Shown here: piece by piece, positions 26,838 to 34,502 of the stretch
Numbering within the stretch: position 1 is the first letter of the stretch
Layout: every line of letters starts with the position of its first letter
Origin: an uncultured bacterium
Lineage (GTDB): Bacteria > B130-G9
Reading direction: 5' to 3'
Assembly: GCA_965372715.1 (NCBI GenBank)
Contig: CBDVDH010000041.1
Coordinates: forward strand, 1 to 35,297
Length of the DNA stretch: 35,297 bases
Position numbers and translations under genes: made by a program
The notes under the pieces: model-generated
Seen by the model: only the letters and a program-made list of their open reading frames with translations
Databases searched by the model: none
What the model was told of the DNA's origin: nothing

Positions 26838-28145
26838 TTAGTGGTCGCAGAGATTGTCGCCCGGCTTCAATTCGCCGGCCACATAGGTGTCGATCAGTTC
26901 TTGCGGCTCGTTCGCCGGAACACCAACGATCACCTCAATGTTCTGCTCGTCGAATAGGCGCTTGGCTCGCTGACCCATTCCGCCTGCGATGATGACGTTC
27001 ACGTTCTGCTCTCGGAGCCACCTGGGCAAGAGGCCCGGCTCATGGGCCGGTGCGCCGATTCTCTCCGAATTCAACGTTCGCTTGCTGACGGTATCCACAT
27101 CAAGAATGGCAAACTCCTCGCAGTGTCCAAAATGCTGTGCAAGCTTGCCGCTCGCAAGGGGTATTGCAATTCGCACTCGATTCTCCTTATTTGTTTCTGT
27201 TGTTGTGGCTCCTGCTGTTTCGGGCTTGGGTCTCGTGGCGCCGGTGAGAAAGCTGGGCGCCTCCGTCGTTGCTCCTCTGACGTGATCCAGTATCTTCGTG
27301 GCTATCTGCTCAAACGCGGCCGCTGCGCCTGAGTTCTTCGCCTCGTCCGCGAACGACCTGCCGGCATCGGATGCGGCCACTATGGATGGATCGATGGGTA
27401 TGCTGCCCAAATAGGGCACGTGAAGGTCTTGTGCCATCCTAGCTCCGCCACCGGCCTTGAATATGTCCACTCGCTCGCCGCAGCTGGGACACACGAAGCC
27501 ACTCATGTTCTCCACAACACCCAACACGGGGATATGGAGCTTCTTGCAGAAGCTCACGCACTTGCGGACGTCAATCACCGACAAATCCTGAGGTGTTGTT
27601 AGTATGATTGCGCCGTCTGGCCTCCCAATCAGCTGCGCTACAGACAGCGGCTCATCGCCGGTGCCGGGCGGCGAATCCACGACGAGGTAGTCGAGATCGC
27701 CCCACTGGACGTCTTTCAGGAATTGTTTGATGACGCCGTATTTCATCGGCCCGCGCCAGATGACAGCGTCGTCGCGACTTTGAAGCAGAAATCCGATGGA
27801 CATCACCTTAAGATTGTCGCTGAAGGCAATGGGCATGATCCCTTTCTCAGAGGCTTGTGCTCTTGAATCCTCGAGGCCGAGCAGCTTGGGGATGCTCGGG
27901 CCGTGAATGTCGATGTCCAACAGGCCGACCTTCTTGCCCTGCTGTGAGAGGAAGATGGCGAGGTTGGCCGCGACCGTGCTCTTGCCGACGCCGCCCTTGC
28001 CGGACAGGACTAGTATCTTGTGCTCTACGTTTGAAAGGCGGTTCGCAATCTCCTGGCGGTCCTCAGCCTGTTTTCTCATCCCCGAGTCGTTCCTCTCGGG
28101 GCGGTCGGCGCGCGCTTGACGCTTGAACTGCTCGCTGTTTCTCAT
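26838..28145 (-). CDS. Mrp/NBP35 Fe-S cluster carrier ATPase fused to a C-terminal NifB/NifX-like domain (Mrp-ORP type)
   Basis: Motifs SGKGGVGKS, DIDIHGPS, WRGP, D.PPGTGD and ENMS...CP.C; C-terminal HFGHC...HEPG...GGMG..A...CDH. Confidence 0.92.
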   Translation of the reverse strand: MRNSEQFKRQARADRPERNDSGMRKQAEDRQEIANRLSNVEHKILVLSGKGGVGKSTVAANLAIFLSQQGKKVGLLDIDIHGPSIPKLLGLEDSRAQASEKGIMPIAFSDNLKVMSIGFLLQSRDDAVIWRGPMKYGVIKQFLKDVQWGDLDYLVVDSPPGTGDEPLSVAQLIGRPDGAIILTTPQDLSVIDVRKCVSFCKKLHIPVLGVVENMSGFVCPSCGERVDIFKAGGGARMAQDLHVPYLGSIPIDPSIVAASDAGRSFADEAKNSGAAAAFEQIATKILDHVRGATTEAPSFLTGATRPKPETAGATTTETNKENRVRIAIPLASGKLAQHFGHCEEFAILDVDTVSKRTLNSERIGAPAHEPGLLPRWLREQNVNVIIAGGMGQRAKRLFDEQNIEVIVGVPANEPQELIDTYVAGELKPGDNLCDH

Positions 28146-28168
28146 TTTTTGTCCTCTACACGAAGGAA

Positions 28169-28840
28169 TTAAAGCCTGACAATTCCAACTATGAAGTCCC
28201 CAAACGGCAGCCGCAGGAAGCGACCAACCGCATTAAGAACCCCTGAAAGCCACAAAAGGCCTTGCCACGGAAAGACAAACGCAGTTGAATGAACCGCTGC
28301 ATGGCCGACCGTTTTCAGGAGCCTAGCGACCTCCTTCTTGGACATCAAACGCGCCCCAGCAAAGGTGGCGGAGCCTCGGCGCCGTCTGAGCCACGCGAGC
28401 AAAGACACGCGGTTTAGCACGCCCACGACTACCTTGCCGCCCGGCTTTACGCTGCGCGCGATCTCCGCTAGCGCCGCTTGCGCATCGGACATGAACTCGA
28501 GCGCCGTGATGGCGCACGCCAGATCGAATGTGCCCCTGTCAAACGGCAGGTTTTGCGCGTCGGCAAGCGCGTATTTTGCGGACGGGATACCCTTTGATGA
28601 CGCAACTTGAAGCATTTTTCTAGACACGTCAACGCCGATAACGTCAAATCCTGCGCTTACGAAGAACGCCGCCCAGTGTCCAGTGCCGCAGCCGACCTCG
28701 AGCATTAGTCTCCTATCGGACGGCGGGCCGAGCGCGTGGGCAATCTCCCTCTTCTGGATGCGATCGTAAGTCTGCCCGACCGGGTTTCTATACCAGTCGT
28801 CATACCGTTCGGCTACGTCCTCAAAATCGAATGCTGTCAT
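28169..28840 (-). CDS. Class I SAM-dependent methyltransferase
   Basis: Motifs LEVGCGTG, GVDVS..ML, DAQNLPF...FD and KPGG. Confidence 0.9.
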   Translation of the reverse strand: MTAFDFEDVAERYDDWYRNPVGQTYDRIQKREIAHALGPPSDRRLMLEVGCGTGHWAAFFVSAGFDVIGVDVSRKMLQVASSKGIPSAKYALADAQNLPFDRGTFDLACAITALEFMSDAQAALAEIARSVKPGGKVVVGVLNRVSLLAWLRRRRGSATFAGARLMSKKEVARLLKTVGHAAVHSTAFVFPWQGLLWLSGVLNAVGRFLRLPFGDFIVGIVRL

Positions 28841-28870
28841 TACTTCGCGCCCCTACACAACCCTTCATAC

Positions 28871-28913
28871 GTTCGGTCACATCAGAGGAGGGCGGGGCAA
28901 GCACCGCCCCTAC
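28871..28913. repeat. REP family 1 copy with conserved spacer
   Basis: gttcggtcacatcagaggagggcggggcaagcaccgcccctac, compared with gttcggccacatcggaaaagggcggggcaagcaccgcccctag at 26793-26835. Confidence 0.75.
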
Positions 28914-28972
28914 GAGGCCTCGCACCCGTCTGGCAGCCAAATTCCGGACGTCCAGCCTTCGGCGTGCAACCA

Positions 28973-29863
28973 TTACCCAATTTCAGATACGACCTGTTGC
29001 CAAAGCGCCTTGATCTCCTGGGCCACGGGCCCGGTGGTGTAATCAACGACTGTCGCGCCCATGACTTGGGCCTTTGTGACTGCCACATCGTATCTGATTC
29101 TGCTGAGTGCCTGTGCGCCGCTCTCCTGGGCAAACGCCTCAATCGCCTCGGTCATCTCGACGTTAAGGTCGAACTTGTTGACACAGACTGCCGACCTGAC
29201 GTCGAAATGCTTGGTCAGCTCGAGCACCCGCCCGAGGTCGTGCTTGCCTGAAAGTGTTGGCTCCGTGACGATAAGCACAAAATCGGCTCCCGTAACCGAG
29301 GCGATAACTGGGCAGCCGATGCCCGGAGAACCGTCGATCAGCACGAGGTCGAGGCCACGTTCCTCCGCCAGCTGCTTTGCCTGGCCGCGAACCAGCGAGA
29401 CGAGCTTGCCGCTGTTCTCCTGGGCGGCAAACAGCTTTGCGTGAACCATCGGCCCGTGCCTCGTCTCCGAAATATACCACTCGCCGTTTTGGGCTTCCTT
29501 CGATTCGATAGCGTTCTCGGTGCAGAAATGTGCGCAGACGCCGCAGCCCTCACAGGCAAGGGGATCGATACGGAACGTCTTCGGGACCATCCCGTTGCCG
29601 GGGCCATCGAAGTATATCGCGTCAAACCTGCATATCTCCTCGCACTTGCCGCACGCCGTGCAGTGTCCGGGGAGAATGCGGGTCTCTCTTCCCCCAACGA
29701 ATCTCTCGCGAGAGAGTATGCGAGGCGCAAGGACCAGGTGAAGGTCGGCGGCGTCAACGTCGCAATCCGCCAGGGCCTTGTTCCGCGCAAGCGAGGCGAA
29801 CGACGCAACGATGCTGGTCTTGCCTGTCCCTCCCTTTCCGCTGATGACGACGAGTTCTTTCAT
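28973..29863 (-). CDS. MinD-superfamily P-loop ATPase with an inserted 2x[4Fe-4S] ferredoxin domain
   Basis: SGKGGTGKT, DCDVDA, CTACGKC...C, CEGCGVC...C, ENSGKLV, PGIGCPVI and EPT.SG.HDL. Confidence 0.92.
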   Translation of the reverse strand: MKELVVISGKGGTGKTSIVASFASLARNKALADCDVDAADLHLVLAPRILSRERFVGGRETRILPGHCTACGKCEEICRFDAIYFDGPGNGMVPKTFRIDPLACEGCGVCAHFCTENAIESKEAQNGEWYISETRHGPMVHAKLFAAQENSGKLVSLVRGQAKQLAEERGLDLVLIDGSPGIGCPVIASVTGADFVLIVTEPTLSGKHDLGRVLELTKHFDVRSAVCVNKFDLNVEMTEAIEAFAQESGAQALSRIRYDVAVTKAQVMGATVVDYTTGPVAQEIKALWQQVVSEIG

Positions 29864-30726
29864 CGGGCGCCTCCTGAGAGCCTTTGGACTAGCGGCTGAA
29901 GGCGGTCAGAGTATCCCTTCACGGCGTCTATCGGCAATCTACCCGTCGAATACGCAACAGCGACGTCCCGGTCGTCCGGGATTTCGGCCAGCACGTCGAT
30001 TCTTTGCCGTTCGCAGTATCTCAGCGTCTTGTTGTCCCCAACGTCGCACCGGTTGATGACGACAGCGATCGGGATGCCGATCTGCCTCGTCATGTCGATC
30101 GCGAGCTTGAGATCGTTGAGGCCAAACGGCGTCGGTTCCGTCACTAGGACGACGAGGTCGGCGTCCCTGACCGTCTCGACCACGGGGCACGTTGTCCCAG
30201 GGGGAGCGTCGAGAATCGAGATGCCGTCACTCAACGCGCGCCGCTTCACGGCCTTGACGAGCGGTGGCGACAGCGCCTCACCTATCTTTAGCCTTCCTTG
30301 AGCGAACTTTATCTCGCCGCTATGTCCATCTTCTACCACGCCAATCTCCCGGTCGGCTTCGGTGATGGCGTTTGCAGGACACACGAGCGCACAGCCGCCG
30401 CAGGCGTGGCAGAGCTCTTGGAAAACGAGCGTCTGCTTGCCCATGCAGACAATCGCGTTGTATTGGCATATCTCCTCGCACTTGCGGCATAACGTGCATT
30501 TATCCTGATCGACAACCGGCACGGGCAAGCAGACCCGCTCCTGGCCTGTTATCTCAGGTTTCAGGAAGATATGACCGTTGGGCTCCTCGACGTCGCAGTC
30601 GAGATAGGCGACGTTGTGGCCTGCCCGAGAGAGCAGCACAGAAACGCACGTGGCGATTGTCGTCTTCCCCGTGCCACCTTTGCCGCTCGCTATTGCTACT
30701 CTCATCCTGCCGTTCTCACGACTCAT
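29860..30726 (-). CDS. MinD-superfamily P-loop ATPase with an inserted ferredoxin domain (paralogue)
   Basis: ASGKGGTGKT, DCDVEEPN, CTLCRKC...C, CHACGGC...CP, D.PPGT.CP and EPTPFGL.DL. The start overlaps the upstream stop; an alternative ATG lies at 30705. Confidence 0.92.
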   Translation of the reverse strand: MSRENGRMRVAIASGKGGTGKTTIATCVSVLLSRAGHNVAYLDCDVEEPNGHIFLKPEITGQERVCLPVPVVDQDKCTLCRKCEEICQYNAIVCMGKQTLVFQELCHACGGCALVCPANAITEADREIGVVEDGHSGEIKFAQGRLKIGEALSPPLVKAVKRRALSDGISILDAPPGTTCPVVETVRDADLVVLVTEPTPFGLNDLKLAIDMTRQIGIPIAVVINRCDVGDNKTLRYCERQRIDVLAEIPDDRDVAVAYSTGRLPIDAVKGYSDRLQPLVQRLSGGAR

Positions 30727-31484
30727 CAACCCAGTATTACGTCTTTGACAATCAGAACACACGCAATCACTGCGAGCGCAACGCCAAAGCAAACTCTCAC
30801 AGCGTTCGGCTTGAACTTTGCCGCCATCAGCCGCGAACCGCACTGACTGCCAATGAGCGCCGCGACGATGCATGGAACCCAGATCGACCAGTTGGGCCTC
30901 GCGGCAAGGCTGACGTGCGACATAAAACTTGCAGCGGTTGACCACACAACAATGAATACGGACGTTGCGGCAGCCCTTTTGGCATCAAGGCCCGCAAGGT
31001 ACAGCATCGGAACGACCAACGAACCCCCGCCGCGGCCAATAAGCCCACAAACGAAGCCAAGTGTTCCCCCGCCTCCTATGCCCAACATGGTTTTTGCGCG
31101 CTTGGAGTTGAGCCCCGTCTTTGGGCGCCGGCCCGACAGCATCACCGCAGATGCTAGTGCGGTGAAGGCCGCAAAAACGGCTATTAGCGTTTTTGGAGAG
31201 AGTGCTACATTAACCCGTGCGCCAACCGGGGCAAGCAAAAAAGCGGCACAAGCAAACGGTAACGCTGTCCGCCAATCGATCAATCTGCGCCGACCGTAGG
31301 TCAAGGCAGCTGAAGAGCTGCTGACCACATTCAACAGCAACGCCAATGGTATTGCCTCGGTCTTGAAGTCCATCCCCATCCAGAACAGTAACGGGACGTA
31401 AAGCTGCGAGCCGCCCATCCCCAGCATCGGAAAAACGAAGGAGATGGCGAAGACCAGAGGCGGAGCAAGAAGCACAATTCCCAT
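30726..31484 (-). CDS. Sulfite exporter TauE/SafE family membrane protein
   Basis: Hydrophobic, with two repeats (G.GG....VP.L and G..GRGGG...VP.L) and A.ATS. Confidence 0.88.
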   Translation of the reverse strand: MGIVLLAPPLVFAISFVFPMLGMGGSQLYVPLLFWMGMDFKTEAIPLALLLNVVSSSSAALTYGRRRLIDWRTALPFACAAFLLAPVGARVNVALSPKTLIAVFAAFTALASAVMLSGRRPKTGLNSKRAKTMLGIGGGGTLGFVCGLIGRGGGSLVVPMLYLAGLDAKRAAATSVFIVVWSTAASFMSHVSLAARPNWSIWVPCIVAALIGSQCGSRLMAAKFKPNAVRVCFGVALAVIACVLIVKDVILG

Positions 31485-31488
31485 CTAG

Positions 31489-31998
31489 TTACTTGCCCGG
31501 CTCCTTCCTACTTCGGCTGCCAATCTCTCCTGCGTCTAAGTTTGAGATATCGTCCTGCCATCCTGAGCGCGCGTCCGACCGGGTATCAAATCGAGGAATG
31601 AAAGGTTTAATATCTACAACCGGACTACCGTCGAGAATATCCTCATCCTGAATGAACAGGATGTTTCTCTCTCGCTTAATCAGCCGGACCAGGCTCAGAC
31701 CGATCGGGTTGGGCCTGCGCGGCGATCTCGTGGCAAAAACGCCCCTCTTGACGCTTTCCAGGTATGGCTTGACCTTCAAGGCCCAAGGTTCCGCTTTATG
31801 GAAGACAAATAGGATGAAGATGTGCGAGAACCCTTCCAGATCATCCAGGCCCTCTTCATATTCGGGCAAGATAACCACTCTCGCCCGACAGCCTTTGCCG
31901 TAAACGGGCTGGATTGGCGTCTTGTCTTTATCGACGTGGCTGCAAGACACAAAGCCAATCGGTCGAATGATGTATCCGGTGTGACTGGCAGGATTCAC
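31489..31998 (-). CDS. tsaA: TsaA/TrmO family SAM-binding tRNA methyltransferase domain protein
   Basis: Motifs PIG, GL..LEGFSH, GVFATRSP.RPNPIGLS and DG.P..DIKP. The start is uncertain (GTG 31998 or up to 32052). Confidence 0.88.
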   Translation of the reverse strand: MNPASHTGYIIRPIGFVSCSHVDKDKTPIQPVYGKGCRARVVILPEYEEGLDDLEGFSHIFILFVFHKAEPWALKVKPYLESVKRGVFATRSPRRPNPIGLSLVRLIKRERNILFIQDEDILDGSPVVDIKPFIPRFDTRSDARSGWQDDISNLDAGEIGSRSRKEPGK

Positions 31999-32098
31999 CA
32001 GACAATGTGCCCAAGACCAACGGCGTATGCTGCTGCCTTGCCCGGAACGCACCCGGAGAAGACAAGACGAGCCGACCTGGAATAACCGCAGCTGTCCT

Positions 32099-32311
32099 TC
32101 ATTGCCGCGTCATCAAGGTGCCGCACTTGGGACATTTCACCTGCGTGCAAGGCGCCCCCAATTGGTGCGGCACGGTCTCGCCGCAACTGGGGCAAACACA
32201 GTTGCCTCCGGGACCTGCTGCGAAACCACCTTGGCGACCTCGGCCACCGCCCATTCCTCGACCCGTTCCTGGTCCTTGACCTGTTGGTCCTGTTCCGTCG
32301 CCTCTTGGCAT
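32099..32311 (-). CDS. DUF5320-like small protein with a C-terminal Cys-rich zinc finger
   Basis: MPRGDGTGP.G.GP.TGRG, then CVCPSCG..H..G.PC...CPKCG; AAGGAG RBS. Confidence 0.85.
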   Translation of the reverse strand: MPRGDGTGPTGQGPGTGRGMGGGRGRQGGFAAGPGGNCVCPSCGETVPHQLGAPCTQVKCPKCGTLMTRQ

Positions 32312-32468
32312 TTTATCTACTCCTTTACAATCTCACTTTTCGAGGCCATCTATCGGGCGCCATGCGCCAGTGACCTCACGATTAAAATGGCATAGACTAC
32401 TAGATGAACAAACAATGGGCGCCCGGTCAAGCGATGCGTCCTGCCCGGGCACCCTCAATCCATGCGGC

Positions 32469-32846
32469 TCATTCGCTCTTGCTCTTCTCCAGCTCTTCCA
32501 TCCGCTTACGAATCTCAGCCAAACTGTTCTCCAGATACTCAGTCTGGCTCTTGAGCGCGCTTGTCTCCTGCTCAGGAGTTGGCGCGTAACCTGGTGGGGG
32601 CGCATAGCCGTAACCCGGCGCTCCCCATGCGGGCATTCCCATCGCGGCGCGCTGCCAGCCCGTCATGCCGGTCGCGTAATACTGGTTCCGCAAGCCCCTG
32701 CCTCTGCCGAAGCCGCCTCCAAAGCCTGCTCCTCGGCCGCCAACAGGATTCATATATCCCGGCACGTTGTATCCGGCACAGTATCCGGCCGCTCTGCCGG
32801 TCATCGGGCCCATACCCGCTGGCCCAGTTCCGTCTCCTCTAGGCAT
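32469..32846 (-). CDS. DUF5320 family protein
   Basis: MPRGDGTGP.GMGPMTGR.AGYC, a Gly/Arg-rich middle and a C-terminal coiled coil; AGGAGG RBS. Confidence 0.9.
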   Translation of the reverse strand: MPRGDGTGPAGMGPMTGRAAGYCAGYNVPGYMNPVGGRGAGFGGGFGRGRGLRNQYYATGMTGWQRAAMGMPAWGAPGYGYAPPPGYAPTPEQETSALKSQTEYLENSLAEIRKRMEELEKSKSE

Positions 32847-32909
32847 ATCTGCCTCCTTTCTCTTATCGTTTACTATTCGGCTTATCTCCGACCACGAAAA
32901 CTTCGCTTA

Positions 32910-33188
32910 CTAGAACCGTCGGCCGCGCCCGCCTCCTCGGCCTCGCGTGCCAAAGCCTCTCAAGCCACGCCCACCGCGGCCAAAAAAGGTGCCTCGCCAA
33001 GCAGGGTACAGCCCAGAGCGAAAACCAAAGCCCGGATGCGGTCCCGCAACGACAGGATACCCCCACCCAGCAGTGCCAGTGGCAAGACCCGTAGGCGACT
33101 GGCCAACCGGCACAGCACAGTAGCCCATTCCGCGCCCTGTCAAAGGCCCCATGCCCATCGGGCCCGTTCCGTCAAAACCTGGCATCAT
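32910..33188 (-). CDS. DUF5320 family protein (RGG-rich)
   Basis: MPGFDGTGP.GMGP.TGRGMGYC with tail GRGGRG..GRGGGRGRRF; AAGGAG RBS. Confidence 0.85.
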   Translation of the reverse strand: MMPGFDGTGPMGMGPLTGRGMGYCAVPVGQSPTGLATGTAGWGYPVVAGPHPGFGFRSGLYPAWRGTFFGRGGRGLRGFGTRGRGGGRGRRF

Positions 33189-33269
33189 TCATCTCCTTTC
33201 ATTTTCCTGTTGTCCACTGTTCTCCTGACTCACAAACCGTCATGGGCGAACCGCCTCTCATATTGTCCC

Positions 33270-33461
33270 TCATGTTGAAGCACTGGGGGCGCAGCTGGCG
33301 CCCGACGAGGCGCTTATGTTCGAGCCAAACATGGACATCAGCCGTTTAGGGTCCTTTGCATCGCATTTGGGACAGGAAACCGATTCGCTGCCCTCGCCTG
33401 CGCCCTGAAGAACCTCAAAACGCTCACTGCAGCCCCTGCATTCATACTCATATATGGGCAA
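33270..33461 (-). CDS. FmdB family zinc-ribbon protein (possible C-terminal Sec read-through to 33258)
   Basis: MPIYEYEC..C...FE...CPKC; TTG start after GAGGAG; ends CAPSAST-UGA. Confidence 0.88.
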   Translation of the reverse strand: MPIYEYECRGCSERFEVLQGAGEGSESVSCPKCDAKDPKRLMSMFGSNISASSGASCAPSAST

Positions 33462-33534
33462 GGCTATACTCCTCTCCCTTTTTCCTTTTCCCCTTTTTTC
33501 CTTTTATCCCGTTTCCCCTTCTGGGGAAACACTT

Positions 33535-33894
33535 CTACCAATGTCCCTTAACGTCCGGGTTCGCCACGGGCTTGATCTCGCCACTTTTGAACTGTTCCAG
33601 GACTTCCGACACGGTTCCGCTGGCCCCGGTCACGACCTTGACGCCGGCCGCGTTCAAGGCACGGAAAGCGTTCGGCCCGCAGTGTCCTGTTATCACCGCC
33701 TCAACCCCCCTGTCGGCCATTAGCCGAGAAGCCTGAACTCCCGCCCCGTGGGACGCGTTCATCGTCTCGCTGTTGTCGTGCGCCTCGAACTCGCTGCTCT
33801 CGGTATCGACGAAAATGAAGAACGGCGCCCGCGCAAAACGCTCGTCCATCTTGCTCTCGAGCGTCTTTCCCTCGGAACTGACTGCTACTTTCAC
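33535..33894 (-). CDS. NifB/NifX family protein, orange-protein (ORP)-like
   Basis: D.RF.RA, HGAG and ITGHCGPNA motifs; C-terminal GHW. Confidence 0.9.
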   Translation of the reverse strand: MKVAVSSEGKTLESKMDERFARAPFFIFVDTESSEFEAHDNSETMNASHGAGVQASRLMADRGVEAVITGHCGPNAFRALNAAGVKVVTGASGTVSEVLEQFKSGEIKPVANPDVKGHW

Positions 33895-34301
33895 CTTCTG
33901 TTTCCTCCTTTATTAAAGAATCCACCACAACGGCCATGACGAAAACGCCTCCCGCCCCTGCGTCCGCAAATACCCGGCAGCGCAGCAAAATCGCTGGTCT
34001 CAAGCTCTCCGTTGAGAAAAGCCATCAGAACGTCATTAACGCATCCGTTAGCCCATCCGGCAAGAGAAATCCCAGAATTCGTCAGCATCACCGCAAGCGG
34101 CCTGGAAACCGCCCCACAGATCAAGACGTCGAGGCCAAGTCCGGCTATCTTTCTCGCCCGAAACGGCAAGTATGTCTCCAGAAGTTCGACCTCATCCCGT
34201 CCGATCTCCTTGCCATCCTCAATCTTCAGAACCAAAAGCCGCTTGCACCCGTCGAGCACGGGCGAAATTTTGTCTTCCCAAACCGAAATGCCAACTTTCA
34301 T
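33891..34301 (-). CDS. NifB/NifX family Fe-Mo cofactor-binding-like protein
   Basis: KISPVLD, LICGAVS and C-terminal PG.CG.RG.RR.R.G; AGGAG RBS before ATG 34301. Confidence 0.85.
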   Translation of the reverse strand: MKVGISVWEDKISPVLDGCKRLLVLKIEDGKEIGRDEVELLETYLPFRARKIAGLGLDVLICGAVSRPLAVMLTNSGISLAGWANGCVNDVLMAFLNGELETSDFAALPGICGRRGGRRFRHGRCGGFFNKGGNRR

Positions 34302-34323
34302 CGTTATCTCCTGTCCCTGTTTA

Positions 34324-34340
34324 AGCATCTCCTGTGCCAA
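34324..34340 (-). promoter_or_regulatory. Sigma-54 (-24/-12) promoter
   Basis: TTGGCACAGGAGATGCT on the minus strand (GG-N10-GC), 23 bp upstream of the first gene of the cluster. Confidence 0.8.
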
Positions 34341-34432
34341 ACTCGCCCCAATCGTCGCTGTATGCCCACAATCCACGTCTATTAGGCCGTCTATGGGGGC
34401 TGTCTGGATGAGAAAATGGGCTGCAATTCAGT

Positions 34433-34485
34433 CGCGATGGTTGCAAGTATGCAACTCATCGCGCGATAACGCTGCATATCGCAAC
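34433..34485. promoter_or_regulatory. Putative enhancer-binding protein sites
   Basis: Palindrome GTTGCA-agta-TGCAAC at 34440-34455, extended by cgcgatg/catcgcg, and a degenerate second copy gctgcatatcgcaac at 34471-34485; 100-145 bp upstream of the sigma-54 site. Confidence 0.6.
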
Positions 34486-34502
34486 CATTTGACATGAGTG
34501 CA

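Noticed and set aside
32370-33278. 302-aa plus-strand ORF
   Set aside because: It is the antisense shadow of the GC-rich DUF5320 genes and has no recognisable motifs.
26838-34301. Nitrogen fixation genes
   Set aside because: NifB/NifX-like domains and P-loop ATPases occur without nifHDK; the set fits an ORP-type cluster.
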